64,000 nucleotides of DNA from Eledone cirrhosa (GCA_964016885.1 OZ024741.1:173972001-174036000); one strand, 5' to 3'; counted from the first letter of the stretch, positions 12,184 to 25,557 are shown. The notes: generated from the letters alone by a model not told the origin. Translations and numbers: made by a program.

Positions 12184-12482
12184 CTTTATTTACCATAAAG
12201 GCATAAAAAGAAGGGACAAATACAAAGGGGGAGTTTACATGAAATCGAGTAAAAAGGGTATAAAATGAAAATAATCGAAAACAACCTCAAAAGGGAGGGG
12301 ACGTGATGGGGGTTGCACACACCCCCGAAAAAGTGTGCAATCCTTTGCCCGGGGAGCACATGGAGAAGGTGCTCCCCTCTCCTTCACTTCTTTACCTACA
12401 GGATGGTATACAGAGAAGGCCCATTTACACGAGCCATTCTTGCCACTATCACCCACCTTTCATAAAACTGCCTGTGGCCAAT
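12181..12482 (-). mobile_element. 3' end of an L1/Tx1-like non-LTR element embedded in (TA)n
   Basis: Minus-strand peptide RQFYERWVIVARMARV...* resembles Tx1 ORF2 C-termini. UTR has hairpins GGGGAGCAC/GTGCTCCCC and TTGCACAC/GTGTGCAA; AATAAA just before the TA tract. Confidence 0.55.
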
Positions 12483-12511
12483 ATATATATATATATATAT
12501 ATATAGGGACG

Positions 12512-12543
<32 letters not shown>

Positions 12544-12864
12544 CTTTTATATATATATATATTCTTTTTTGCTTTCACAAACTAAATCAAAATGATATGT
12601 TATCACATTATTGTTTGTCTAGTTTATCCTTCATCATCATCATTCTAATACAATCAGGATCAGCAGCATCACCACCATCATTTGCATCACCACCATTATC
12701 ATCTCCACCATTATCCTCCTCCCCACCACTACCATCATTATCATCTCAGTACAATTAGAAACATCATCATCATTATAATTTTATTTCAAATCTAATTTGT
12801 ATTATGTCTCATAGATTAATTTTTTTTATAATCCTTCCTTTTAAAAGGAAAAAAAAATCTCTTT

Positions 12865-13200
12865 GTTGCCAGGAAAAGCAATATTGCAGTCGAGCCCCTA
12901 GCAGTGGAGACTTCGGGTATCCTTGGCCCTAGGGCTACTTCCATACTCACCACCATAGGCGCTGAGCTGGCTAGCTGCTGGTGTGAGCCTTGTGCAATGG
13001 AAAGCCTCTTCCAGCACATATCCCTTACCATCCTCCAAGAAAATGCCTTCTCCATTCTGTCAGCACGTGGGACCCCATTTGCTCATAATACAGAGAGATG
13101 AAGGCGATGACAGTGGGAGTTCGGCTCTTCTGTGTTCCGACCTAGAGTACAGCGTCAGTTGTCTGTAAGGAGGCAGTGATTCATCATTAGCCGACTCATT
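12865..13200 (+). mobile_element. 3' fragment of a CRE-like (RLE-type) non-LTR retrotransposon
   Basis: VEPLAVETSGILGP...LFQHISLTILQENAFSIL matches the P-AVET-G-G...LFQR-S-AIQRGNA C-terminal pattern of CRE-clade ORFs. Confidence 0.7.
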
Positions 13201-13212
13201 AATATATATATA

Positions 13213-13443
13213 TCATCATCATCGTTTAACGTCCGTGTTCCACGCTTGCATGGGTTTGGACGGGGGTATTCCCACTTGAGGCAAGAGTGGTTGTCTTGCT
13301 CGCATAGGACTGTCTGGCAGGTTTTCTACAGTTGGATGCCCTTCCTAACACCAACCACATTTACAGTGTGGGACTGGGAGGTTTTTACCGTGTTGCCTAC
13401 ATGGCCACATTACAGCGTGGACTGTGTGTTTTTTTGTCGTGAT
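13213..13443 (-). mobile_element. RTE 3' UTR fragment
   Basis: Reverse complement of 8405-8640. Confidence 0.9.
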
Positions 13444-13444
13444 A

Positions 13445-13516
<72 letters not shown>

Positions 13517-13529
13517 TGTGTTATCGCTG

Positions 13530-13808
13530 GTATCACACACTCATACATATATACATGGACACACACAAACTCATAACCCTACATGCACACACACACACAC
13601 ACACGTGTGGACATACACATTACACAATGTGCATTTGCACACACATATACATGCATCCGTATATACACATGCATGCATGTACTCACTCATGTACTCACAC
13701 ACATACACATGCATACAGATATATGCACACACATGTGCATTTATATCATACATACAAACACACATACATACACACACACTGATTCAGCTTCCACCTTGTA
13801 TCACATGC

Positions 13809-13849
<41 letters not shown>

Positions 13850-14345
13850 CATACATACGCACACATTGATTCAGCCTCCACCTTATATCACACGCACACA
13901 CACACATACACATACACAAACACACACACATACATACACACACACTGATTCAGCCTCCACCTTGTATCACACACACATACACACATACACATTGATTGAG
14001 TCATTACCTGATCACACATACAAACACACACTCATACATTGATTCAGTCCACACCTTGTATCGCACACACACACACACACACACACTAATTCAGTCCCTA
14101 CCTTGTATCACACACACATGCACACGCATTGATTGAGTCATTACCTGATCACGCGCACGCACACACACACGCACACACACACACTAATTCAGTCCCTACC
14201 TTGTATCACACACACACATGCACACGCATTGATTGAGTCATTACCTGATCACGCGCACACACACACATGCACACACACACACACACACACTAATTCAGTC
14301 CCTACCTTGTATTACACACACAGATTAATCTCTACCTAGTATCAC
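13530..14345. repeat. (CA)-rich compound minisatellite
   Basis: Recurrent TGATTCAGCCTCCACCTTGTATC / TAATTCAGTCCCTACCTTGTATC units separated by CA runs. Confidence 0.85.
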
Positions 14346-14723
14346 AAACACAAGCACCCACACCTCTACCTGGTGCCCCCCTCCCTACACCCTACATACA
14401 CCCATATTGATTAAGTCTCTACCTGACATACAACCCCCACCCCACCACCACAAGACTTAAGCACACATGATTGTCTCACTCTGACATTACACACACCCAA
14501 ACTGTTTATATCTTAACCTGGTATATCCGAGGCGTGGTTATTGCTAGTTGAAAACTATATCTCAACCTGGTCACCACACTCCACCATTAATTAAGGGGCT
14601 ACATGGTTTTCACCTGTCACATACACCTACTCCAGACACACACACACAAAGTGCACATACGCACACACAAATGTGCACATACACACACACCCAAACTGTT
14701 TAAATCTCCACCTGGTATATATA

Positions 14724-14764
<41 letters not shown>

Positions 14765-14775
14765 TTAATATAGAT

Positions 14776-14828
14776 GAGATTCTACAGGACTAGAACTGTT
14801 TCATTCTTTAGAAATCATCAGGAATCTC
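14776..14828 (-). ncRNA. Type I hammerhead ribozyme motif with intact core
   Basis: Minus strand reads GAGATTC CTGATGA tTTCtaaaGAAt GAAA CAG ttctagtc CTG TA GAATCTC: 7-bp stem I, stem II, stem III and a GUA cleavage triplet. Confidence 0.8.
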
Positions 14829-14870
14829 CTACTTACTGTGGTTACCTCCGATTCAACCCGGAATAACCTA

Positions 14871-14914
<44 letters not shown>

Positions 14915-15024
14915 ACACATACACTCAGTTTAAGTCTTCCTGTTATCTCTCTCTCTCTCTCTCTCACACTTGTTCTCTCGTTCTCTCTCTTTCTCTCTTT
15001 CTTACACACTCATTCTCTCCCTCC

Positions 15025-15067
<43 letters not shown>

Positions 15068-17584
15068 CACTGATACACTGCTTATGTCCCTGGCTAACAT
15101 CCACCCCTCCATGCACATACATTTTGACTATGTCTCTACACTCACACACACACACAGCTTCAGTCCCAAGCTGACATCCAGTCCTAGACACTCCCTTGGA
15201 CCCCCCCCCCCCCATACACAGACACACACATTATGATGGTGTCCTCCAAAATAGACTGTACATGTATTGATTCTATTAGTAATGAAATACAACTAGAATC
15301 CCTCGAATATCCAACACTGTGTTATGGGTGTTGTGTGCTATGTGTGCTATGTGTGTGTTGTGTATATGGTGTGTGCTGTGTCAATATAATTAATGTACTG
15401 CAGTTGTTGCTCCATTGTCCACTGTTAATCTCTGAGACATCATCTTTCTACACCTGTTTTCATTGCACTGCTTATCAACAGGAGGAGTCTCTACAGACTT
15501 TGCATGACCTTGTTAGAAATAGCAGTCATACAGAAGCATCACTTGTTCACTACTTTTCACTTAGGAACGTGAAATCTATTTTAAATTGTATTTCCACTGT
15601 TTTAAAAATAAAAAGAAAAGACATTAGATAACATATGGTATGTATGATCCCATAACTCCTGATAGAGTTGTAGGGGCGCCATATTGACATACAGTGTTCT
15701 TGGGCATTTTAAGTCTGGCAGAGCCCATCTCTCTCTAGGCCTGAGTACAGTTGACCTCAGTGGGATTTGAACTCGGAGAGCAGAGAACCAGAACGAATAC
15801 CATAAAGCATTCTATTCAATGTTCTAATGACTCTGCCAATTCACCGCCTTCTCATTAGATAATACAACAGGACAAATGTTGTAAGACCATCTTCCCTGCT
15901 TTAGCAGGGATTAGCTTTATAGGGGCTCCATGATAGGCTTCTTACTTGTTATGGGATCATCTTTCAGTCAATGTTTGATTGCTGGATACCCTTCCTGATA
16001 CCAACCCTTTTAATCATCTCTAATGACAAGACATGCAGGGATACAGTGTTCCTGTTGTAAACTGGATACATATATTAGATAATGTTATCTGAAAAAAAAA
16101 ATGGCTGGATGGTCACAGTTGAAACTCCTTTCATCATAAATCGTCTCATTCAGACTTGAGCTGGAGCTAACCACCACCACCACCAACAACAATAGTTGAG
16201 CTTTCTTGCTTCCTGTGTTGCTTTAGTTCTAGTATGGCTACTGTATCTAACATTCCGCCTTTGTTTTCACCTCTACTGCATTAGTCAACATAACAAGGAA
16301 GCCTCTACACTGCCACTGAACTTGATAGAAATAGTAGATATATCTCCCTCAAATCACACTCTCGCCCCACTGTTTTAAATAAAGTTCACATTGGATAATG
16401 TATTTCTGGCTTCTCTGCTTATAGGAATAAGAGAGGATGGTCACAGTAGGCATACCTTTCATCATATGTCTACTTGATCAGGGCTGATTTGGGGAGTTGT
16501 TATTGTTGTTGCATTTGATTTGTTGTTGTTTTTGTTGTTATTGCTAACCCCAATTAGACTTCAATTAGCTCTGAGAAGAGTATTTGGAAATAGCCAGTCA
16601 TACTTTCATTGTGTTTCATTCACAAAGACAGCAATATTGCCATTACCTGTTAGTTGATTTACTACACAAATCGCTGTACCTACTCTTATTCAATCTTGCT
16701 TTTAATGAGCTTCTCAGTGTGTTGTCGAGTGTATTCAGACAGATTTCAGTGACATTCTCAGTTTACTTTAAGTTTTCTTCATCTCTATCGCTAATTCTTC
16801 AGCTATGTCCACTACTAAAGACAAATTTTTCCTCTTTCATCAATTCATTTTATTTAAAAGCTTCGTACATACTTTTAAATGGGAAAATATATTGTTCTGT
16901 GTTCCCATTGTTATTGAGGAATAATATACAAAATAACACAACAAGCTAGCACTAACCCTTTTGATACCAATCTGCTTCAGATTACCTCTCCTTTTATTAA
17001 ATATTATTATATAGAATCTCCCATTCTAAAATGTTCATATCTAACTTTAAACCTTCAATCATAATTTTATGTAAGAACCTTTTGTTATGTTCCAAACAAC
17101 AAATTGATAATGAAAGAGTTAATTAACAGTCAGTGTTGGTGGTGACAATAGCAGCTATGTAGAGAAAATTCAAGAATGAACTAAAGTCAACTGGTGAATA
17201 TTTCTCTTGGTAAATAAATTTTATAACTTCTGACAAATAAATATATATTATTTAACACTTTTGGTACCATATTTCTAATGAAATGCACTCTATTTGAATT
17301 AGTTGTTGAAGAATTTGGAGGGATTTACTAGAATTATTAATTATTTTCTTATTAAGATGGTTTTTGTAACATAACAAAAGTAAAATTAAGCTGGAAGGTT
17401 TTAATTTAAATCCCATGCTAACATGGAAAATGGATGTTAAACGATGATGAGGATGAGATATCAACCCACACAAAACTGCTTTTGGTTCTGTGAAGCAAAA
17501 CCACCTTTTTTAAAGTGTTCCGATTTAAATTGAAAGCTTCCAACATAATTTTATATGAGAACCTTTTATTATGTTATAAATACC

Positions 17585-17807
17585 AAGGTCTGTGGCTTGG
17601 TAGAACTAATAGAGTGTTGGACACCATGCTTTTCAGTTTAGAGTTACACCCTTTTATGTTCTGAGTTCAAATCCCACCAAGGTTAGCTTTGCCTTTCATC
17701 CTTACAGGATCGATAAAATAAACACCAGTAACACACTGAGATCAATTTGATCGACTCTCCTTTCCCCCAAAATTGCTGGCCTTGTACCTAAAAATAGAAA
17801 CAATTAT
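17585..17807 (+). mobile_element. tRNA-derived SINE (family B)
   Basis: B box GAGTTCAAATCCC; body GCCTTTCATCCTT...GATAAAATAA; homologous to 61658-61842 (+) and 48888-49070 (-). Confidence 0.8.
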
Positions 17808-18139
17808 GTTACAAATACCATCTCAATTAAATAATTTTAGCATGTCCTAAATTCTTCATTAATTTCATTCGAAATACAATAATGAAAGGGTTAAAATGAG
17901 TGGTCTTGTTTCATAGAACCAGAGTCAGTTTGGTAGTGGATTGGTATCAAAAGGATGAAAACATTTGTTTGTGTGTATATATATTATCATCATCATCATC
18001 ATTGTTTAACGTCCATCTTCCACTCTAGCCTGGGTTGGACGGTTTTGTCCCACTTGAGGCGAGATTGGCCAGGAGACCGTGTCTCACTCGTTAAGAATAT
18101 ATATATATTATATATATAAATATTTGTGTTTATTTCCAG

Positions 18140-18213
18140 GAGGCAATGAATGAAATGAACCTGTTTGATAAGAAATTAGATAGCTCTGTCATAAGTCTAG
18201 ACACGAAACACAT
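18140..18213 (+). CDS. SPEF2: SPEF2 internal exon (EAMNEMNLFDKKLDSSVISLDTKH)
   Basis: tttccAG acceptor, GTAAGT donor, 74 bp; phase 2 end matches the next exon; weak similarity to vertebrate SPEF2 EDVADEIKKFE...SLDT (from memory). Confidence 0.75.
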
Positions 18214-18659
18214 GTAAGTTCCTCTTTGAATAATGTTTCTTTTCATCTCAACTCAAACAGAAATTTCTCACTTATTCATCTTAATGGAAACTATTTTGGT
18301 TTCTGTCATTGATTTTATGTATGTCACTAATATTGGTGAGAAGTTATTGTTTTCAAAACTTTGTACATTATTATGATTACCAGCAAAACTTAATTGACTG
18401 TTTTATAAATGTGTTAGTAAATCGTGTGTAGTAAATTATATAATGTTTATCATAAACGCAAAAACAAATTTTAAAAAATAATCTCAGAAAGAGAAGAATA
18501 AAAATGGATGACAAGATGTGCACACTCAATGACATACTACGATAGGAAATTACTGTGTTGCCTTCTAAAAACATTTGTAGTGAGCAAAGACACTCATGGA
18601 TAGTGAGGCTAGGGTACTAGAATAGTCAAGCATTCTCATGAGCATCTCCCCACACTAAA

Positions 18660-19090
18660 AATCAAGGCTGGTGCCACAATAAAGTGCACTGAGTATACTA
18701 AGTAAAATGGTAGTTCTGGTGCCATGATAAATTATAGTCAGTACAGTCTGTAAAGTGATAGTGCAGATGCCATGATAAAATGCACCCAGTACATTCTGTA
18801 AAGTGAGAGTACTGGTGCCATGATAAAATACACCAGGTACACTCTGTAAAGTGAAAGTGATGGTGGCTCAATAAAATATACTTAGTACACTCAGTAAAAT
18901 GATAGTAATGCTGGTGCCATGATAAAAAGTGCCCAGTACATTCTGTAAAGTAGTAGTGTTGGTGCAACAAAAATACTCAGTACATGGTAGTGCTGGTGCC
19001 ACAATAAAATGCACCCAGGACACTCTGTAAATAGATTGATGGAAGGGAAGTCATCCAACTGTAAACCCCATGCTAAAATATAGAATGTAT
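18660..19090 (+). repeat. ~8 tandem copies (~45 bp) of the RTE/SINE UTR module
   Basis: Unit GCTGGTGCCATGATAAAATGCACCCAGTACACTCTGTAAAGTG, ending in a degenerate GGAAG...CATCC and RTE tail. Confidence 0.8.
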
Positions 19091-19094
19091 GAGC

Positions 19095-21196
19095 AAGACC
19101 ATAACCATAGCAGGACCACCACCATAGCTTTCTATTCTTCCAACATATAACCACAGCAAGACCTACATCATAACTTTGTGTTCTTCCAGGATATTACCAT
19201 AACAGGACTCCCATTGTAGCTTTGTATTCTTCCAACATATAACCACAGCAGGACTAGTCATAGCTTTGTATTCTTCCAACATATAATCACAGCAGGACCA
19301 GTCATAGCTTTGTATTCTTCCAACATATAATCACAGCAGGACCAGTCATAGCTTTGTGTTCTTCCAACATACAACCACAGCAGGACCAGTCATAGCTTTG
19401 TGTTCTTCCAACATACAACCACAGCAGGACCAGTCATAGCTTTGTGTTCTTCCAACATATAACCACAGCAGGACCAGTCATAGCTTTGTGTTCTTCCAAC
19501 ATATAACCACAGCAGGACTAGTCATAGCTTTGTATTCTTCCAACATATAACCACAGCAGGACCAGTCATAGCTTTGTATTCTTCCAACATATAACCACAG
19601 CAGGACCAGTCATAGCTTTGTGTTCTTCCAACATATAACCACAGCAGGACCAGTCATAGCTTTGTATTCTTCCAACATATAACCACAGCAGGACCAGTCA
19701 TAACTTTGTGTTCTTCCAAGATATAACCACAGCAAGACCAGTCATAGCTTTGTGTTCTTCCAACATATAACCACAGCAGGACCAGTTATAGCTTTGTATT
19801 CTTCCAACATATAACCACAGCAGGACCAGTCATAGCTTTGTGTTCTTCCAACATATAACCACAGCAGGACCAGTCATAACTTTGTGTTCTTCCAACATAT
19901 AACCACAGCAGGACCAGTCATAGCTTTGTATTCTTCCAACATACAACCACAGCAGGACCAGTCATAACTTTGTGTTCTTCCAACATACAACCACAGCAGG
20001 ACCAGTCATAGCTTTGTGTTCTTCCAACATATAACCACAGCAGGACCAGTCATAGCTTTGTGTTCTTCCAACATATAACCACAGGAGGACCAGTCATAGC
20101 TTTGTGTTCTTCCAACATATAACCACAGCAAGACCAGTCATAGCTTTGTGTTCTTCCAACATATAACCACAGCAGGACCAGTCATAGCTTTGTGTTCTTC
20201 CAACATATAACCACAGCAGGACCAGTCATAGCTTTGTGTTCTTCCAACATATAACCACAGCAGGACCAGTCATAGCTTTGTGTTCTTCCAACATATAACC
20301 ACAGCAGGACCAGTCATGGCTTTGTGTTCTTCCAACATATAACCACAGGAAGACCAGTCATAGCTTTGTGTTCTTCCAACATATAACCACAGGAAGACCA
20401 GTCATAGCTTTGTGTTCTTCCAACATATAACCACAGCAGGACCAGTCATAGCTTTGTGTTCTTCCAACATATAACCACAGCAGGACCAGTCATAGCTTTG
20501 TGTTCTTCCAAGATATAACCACAGCAGGACCAGTCATAGCTTTGTGTTCTTCCAACATATAACCACAGCAGGACCAGTCATAGCTTTGTGTTTTCCAACA
20601 TATAACCACAGCAGGACCAGTCATAGCTTTGTGTTCTTCCAACATACAACCACAGCAGGACCAGTCGTAGCTTTGCGTTCTTCCAACATATAACCACAGC
20701 AGGACCAGTCATAGCTTTGCGTTCTTCCAACATACAACCACAGCAAGACCAGTCATAGCTTTGTGTTTTTCCAACACACAACCATAGCAGGACCAGTCAT
20801 AGCTTTGTATTCTTCCAACATATAACCACAGCAGGACCAGTCATAGCTTTGTGTTCTTCCAACATACAACCACAGCAGGGCCAGTCATAGCTTTGTGTTC
20901 TTCCAACATATAACCACAGCAAGACCAGTCATAGCTTTGTGTTCTTCCAACATATAACCACAGCAGGACCAGTCATAGCTTTGTGTTCTTCCAACATATA
21001 ACCACAGCAGGACCAGTCATAGCTTTGTGTTCTTCCAACATATAACCACAGCAGGACCAGTCATAGCTTTGTGTTCTTGCAACATATAACCACAGTAGGA
21101 CCAGTCATAGCTTTGTGTTCTTCCAACATATAACCACAGGAGGACCAGTCATAGCATTGTGTTCTTCCAACATACAACCACAGCAGGACCAGTCAC
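19095..21196. repeat. 44-bp satellite, ~48 copies
   Basis: Unit CAGGACCAGTCATAGCTTTGTGTTCTTCCAACATATAACCACAG. Confidence 0.98.
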
Positions 21197-22859
21197 ATAT
21201 TTTGTCAAACTTGTGTGTGACAAGGCTAGTCATTTGAATTGACACTACAATCCATTCAACAGGATTCCAAACAGTTTCTCTCTACCTAATTTCACTCACA
21301 AGGCATGAATTGACTCAAGGCTATGGTAAATGACACTTGACCAACTGGTCATCCTGGTTTAGAACAAACTTATTATAATATATGAAAAGTATGAAGTGAG
21401 AAAGTGAAGAAAAAATTTCATACAGGATGTAATTTTCGATTTGATATTTTGTGTTTCAATAGTATTAAGAAGAGAAAATCAAGGAGAAAGGGGCAGGTAA
21501 AGGTTGAAACAAATATGAAACACATTGCTTAACACTGCATTCACCTATAAGAATAAAGCACTGGATGTTGTTAGTGAGCAGAATATTAGCTTTGACAGTT
21601 CCTCCTCCTTTCATTGAGATGTAGCAGCTGACACTGTTGAGGTCAGCTCGTGAATATAGCATCTTAGAATCACAGATTAGGGTATCCACACTTGCTAAAA
21701 GAAAAACGAAGCATTTATTAAATTTTTAAAGGCATTCACATAGCTAAAGAGTGTGTCACTTGAGGTTGCCTTTGAGCTTGCAATCCTCCCCATAAACAAA
21801 TATATACAACAGACCCCAAAATGCTACCCCTCCTAGCTATACTACTGTTTAAAGGGTTGTTTATTTGTTATATTCTTAGAAATACAATAAGGGAGCTATG
21901 GGTGTAATCAAAGCAGTTTTTTCATCATCATCATTATTATCATCATCATCATGACTGCACCCTATTATTATAATTTAAAATCAAACTTTATATTTAGGTC
22001 TCATTTCTAACACAATCTATGACTGTTTGAAAACAGTTTTGTATACATTTTATACAGGGTGGTTTGAGCAGTACCATAGCAGAGGTGCTCAGGCCACCTT
22101 GGTATAGTCATGTATTACCAACTTGCAATGCAAATTAACAGCAAATGGTGAAGGGAAGAGGCAAGTGCCATGTAGTTACAATGGAAGACATCTATTGTAA
22201 AAGAAGGTACAAGAAAATGTTGGGGGTAGATCTTGAAGAGAGTAAAACTGATATGCCATAATGTTGAGTTCCTTTTTATACTAACATAGGAGAAAAAGAG
22301 ATGTTAACATGATGTTGAGGAGGGGAGGAGGATGAGGTTTATCATCATTTTGAATCATAGCTACCATTTTTTAAGATCTTTATTGTTCTAATTTGAAATT
22401 AAAATTATATATATATATATGTATATAGGAAAAGAGTCAGGACGCCGACGGCTGAGCTCTGACCGTTTTGACAGCTAGATCCGAACTAAACCAGTAGTGT
22501 TAGGACAGTAGTGATCTAGATGAACTTATCAAGGGGTACAGTCCATATATGGGCATGTAATCAAAACATAGCAGTAGTATCATATCAAACAATCCTAAAA
22601 ATTGTTGTTTTTCTTTTCTGTCACTGGGAGTGGTCAAAGGTTTTAGGATGTGGTATACATAGTTAGATTTCTTCATAGTGGCAGGTGAGTATGGGGGTGG
22701 CTGAACTTGCCTGTAGAACAAAGGGAAGGGAGTAAGATACAATCTGACCTGTGGTTGCTGGGCCGGTGGTCATGTGTTAAGAGAGAATTCTTTACAGCTA
22801 TCGATAAAGGAGGTAAGAACCTATGAGAAACAAGGACTATATATTAATATATATTAATA

Positions 22860-23516
22860 CTAGCAGAATGGCCCAGCATTGCTCAGAATTCTAAACATAA
22901 ATTGGCATGTTTATCCCGTCTTTCTGAAACAGTACAGAGAAGTACGGAATACCTCGGCCTATGTATGGTGTCTACATTTTGTGCTTATAAAAAAAATGTG
23001 TCGTAGATTACCAGGGGTTTAACCCACGAAAGCCATGACGATGGGGTTAAGTAAAAAGGCATTCGACAAACCGAACATGTATTTGGTGTGCTATGGTACA
23101 ATGACAGCAATAGTTACAGAGCAGTAAGCATGTGGGACTGTAGTGGTGGAGACTTTTAAGGTTACATGCCCTAACACAACCAAAATGTTTCAAAAAATCG
23201 GTTTTTCGGCTAATGCAAAACATGAGAAAATCCTGGGGAAAAACGTGAGAAAATCTTTTATGCTCAAAACATTTTAAATGACATAAGTAATGCAAATTTT
23301 GAAGAAATCGCCTGGCTTATTGTTCCATTATGCCTCATAAAAGCCTTTAAAGCCTAAAATATGCAGTTTTTTGCCTAATAATTTGAAATATATTTTGCTC
23401 AATACACTCACATGACCATAAGTATTACATGTGTAAAGTTTGAAAAAAGTCGGTTGGGTAGTTCTCGAGTTTTAGGGGGACAGCCAGACAGACATTCTCT
23501 GTTTTAGATATATAGA
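22860..23516 (-). mobile_element. Non-autonomous Helitron
   Basis: A|CTAGCAG...CCCAGCATTGCTCAG at the left and GACAGACA...TATATAGA|T at the right; same terminal architecture as 2383-3367. Confidence 0.75.
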
Positions 23517-24199
23517 TATATATATATGTGCAAAAAGTAAATGGAGACAACAAAGCAAACACCACGAACAATGAAAAAATATATCTAAGGTATAATAAAG
23601 CAAGGGCTGCGGGACTGCGTACGGTTTATTTCTTTTAATCCAGTTAGTAAAATAAGTTGGATTACTTTGAATAAATAACGAATGGATATTACATAATTTA
23701 TGTGCTAAATTTCGTAAACAAGTAATTTCGTAAAAATAAATAATCTAAAATTGACTTCTTTTCAAAGTTGCACCTCCGGTATATCGTTACCACCACCACC
23801 ACTTCAACTACCATATATATGTAGAAAGAGAGAGTGTGTGATGAGAAAGATAGAGAGATTATGATTTTCTACACACTGACGCGTATGAGTGTGCACATAC
23901 ATACATATATATGTATGAGTATATAACTATTATGAGTATATAACTATAATGGCGCAAACACAAACTTATAAAAATACACACTCATGGACATAATTCATAC
24001 ACATACACATACATTCACACAAATATACATACATTCACACATACTTTCACACAAACATACATACATTCACACATATACATTTACACAAACACACACATAC
24101 AGTCATGATATCGTTCAGTTTAATTGGAAATGGGAGGGTAAAACAAGTATAACGTTTTATTTATTTATTAATTCTTTTTTTTTAACTCATTTAATATAA

Positions 24200-24859
24200 C
24201 TAGCAGAAAAACTACCCTTAGGGTGGTTTTCTGCTAGCATCTTTGGTGTGTATATTGATATTATACACAAGTATATATGCATGTCGATATGATACATCAA
24301 ATAAAACCGTAATTGACAATATACACAGAAATTGAACAAAGACTGTGTCACAGTGGCTTCTGTAATCAGTAACGTCATCCATGATACATTAAAAAAAGAC
24401 GATATTATATATCTGCTAGCATCTGTAGTGTGTATATTGATATTATACGCAAGTAATATGCATGTAGGTATGATCAAATAAAATCGTAATTGACAATATA
24501 CACGGCAGTTGAACGAAGACTGTGTTACACTGTCTTATGTAATCAGTAACGTAATCCATGATACATTTAAAAAAGACAATATTATATACAAACTGCATTA
24601 GGAGAAAATTAATGACAGAAATATATGAATATTTATTTAAACGATCGCTAACTGGAAGTGTTGACGTTTGAAAATTTTAAAGAAGTGAATCTTTAAATAA
24701 GTAATAAAATATATTTAATGAACAGCCACGAAATTTAGAGGATAAATTATGTAATATTCATTCATTATTTATTCAAAGTAATCCAACTTATTTTACTAAG
24801 GGGATAACAATTTATAAACCGTACGCAGTCCCACGCTTCTTACTTTATTATAGTTTAGA
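24200..24859 (-). mobile_element. Non-autonomous Helitron of the same family, nested antisense
   Basis: A|CTAG...hairpin at the left, AGA|T at the right; internal ~175-bp tandem duplication; its 5' ~130 bp is an imperfect inverted repeat of 23584-23716. Confidence 0.8.
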
Positions 24860-25129
24860 TTAAGCACTGTTGTATGCCCATTGATTAGATATATATAAAT
24901 GTAATAGCATATAAATTATGTCTGATACAGACACACAAACATATATATATACACACACATACATACCACACCACACACAAATCGTCTTCCGAAGTTAGTG
25001 AAGCTATTATTAATCCTCCCCGGGTGAAGTAACTTGCACATTCTTCGTGATTCATGAAATGCAATAATACATCTAACGGCCACACACTCACACACACAAA
25101 TATATCAATTCATACATAGACATATAGAT

Positions 25130-25557
25130 AGGCGAAGTCTGGTCCGAAGTGCGCGTGTGCGAAATCTGGTCGGAAGTGCGCATGCGCAAAGTCTGGTCCG
25201 AAGTGCGCATGCACAGAGTCTGGTCGGAAATGCGCATGTGCGTAGTCTGGTCGGAAGTGCGCATGCGCGGAGTCTAGTCGGAAGTGTGCATGCACGAAGT
25301 CTGGTCCGAATTGCGTATACGCGAAGGCTGGTCAGAAGTGCGCATGCGTGAAGGCTGGTCCATACTGTGCAAGCATGAAGGCTGGCCCATACTGCACATG
25401 CGCGAAGGCTGGTCCGTACTTTGCATGTGCAAAGGCTGGTACGTACTGCGCATGCAGTAAGACTGGTCAGAAGTGCGCCTGTGCGAAGACGGGCCCGTAC
25501 TGCTCATGCGCGAAGGCTTGTCCATACTGCGCATGCACAAAGGCTGGTCTGAAGAGC
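25130..25557. repeat. 27-bp GC-rich minisatellite (~16 copies) with CGGAAGTG and GCGCATGCGC motifs
   Basis: Unit GAAGTCTGGTCGGAAGTGCGCATGCGC, grading into GAAGGCTGGTCCATACTGCGCATGCGC. Confidence 0.92.

Noticed and set aside
19095-21196. CRISPR-like appearance of the regular arrays
   Set aside because: Head-to-tail repeats with no unique spacers, no cas genes, eukaryotic context.
23584-24859. Mutator/foldback element with 130-bp TIRs
   Set aside because: Better explained as two Helitron 5' ends in opposite orientation; there is an internal hairpin+CTAG terminus and no TSD.
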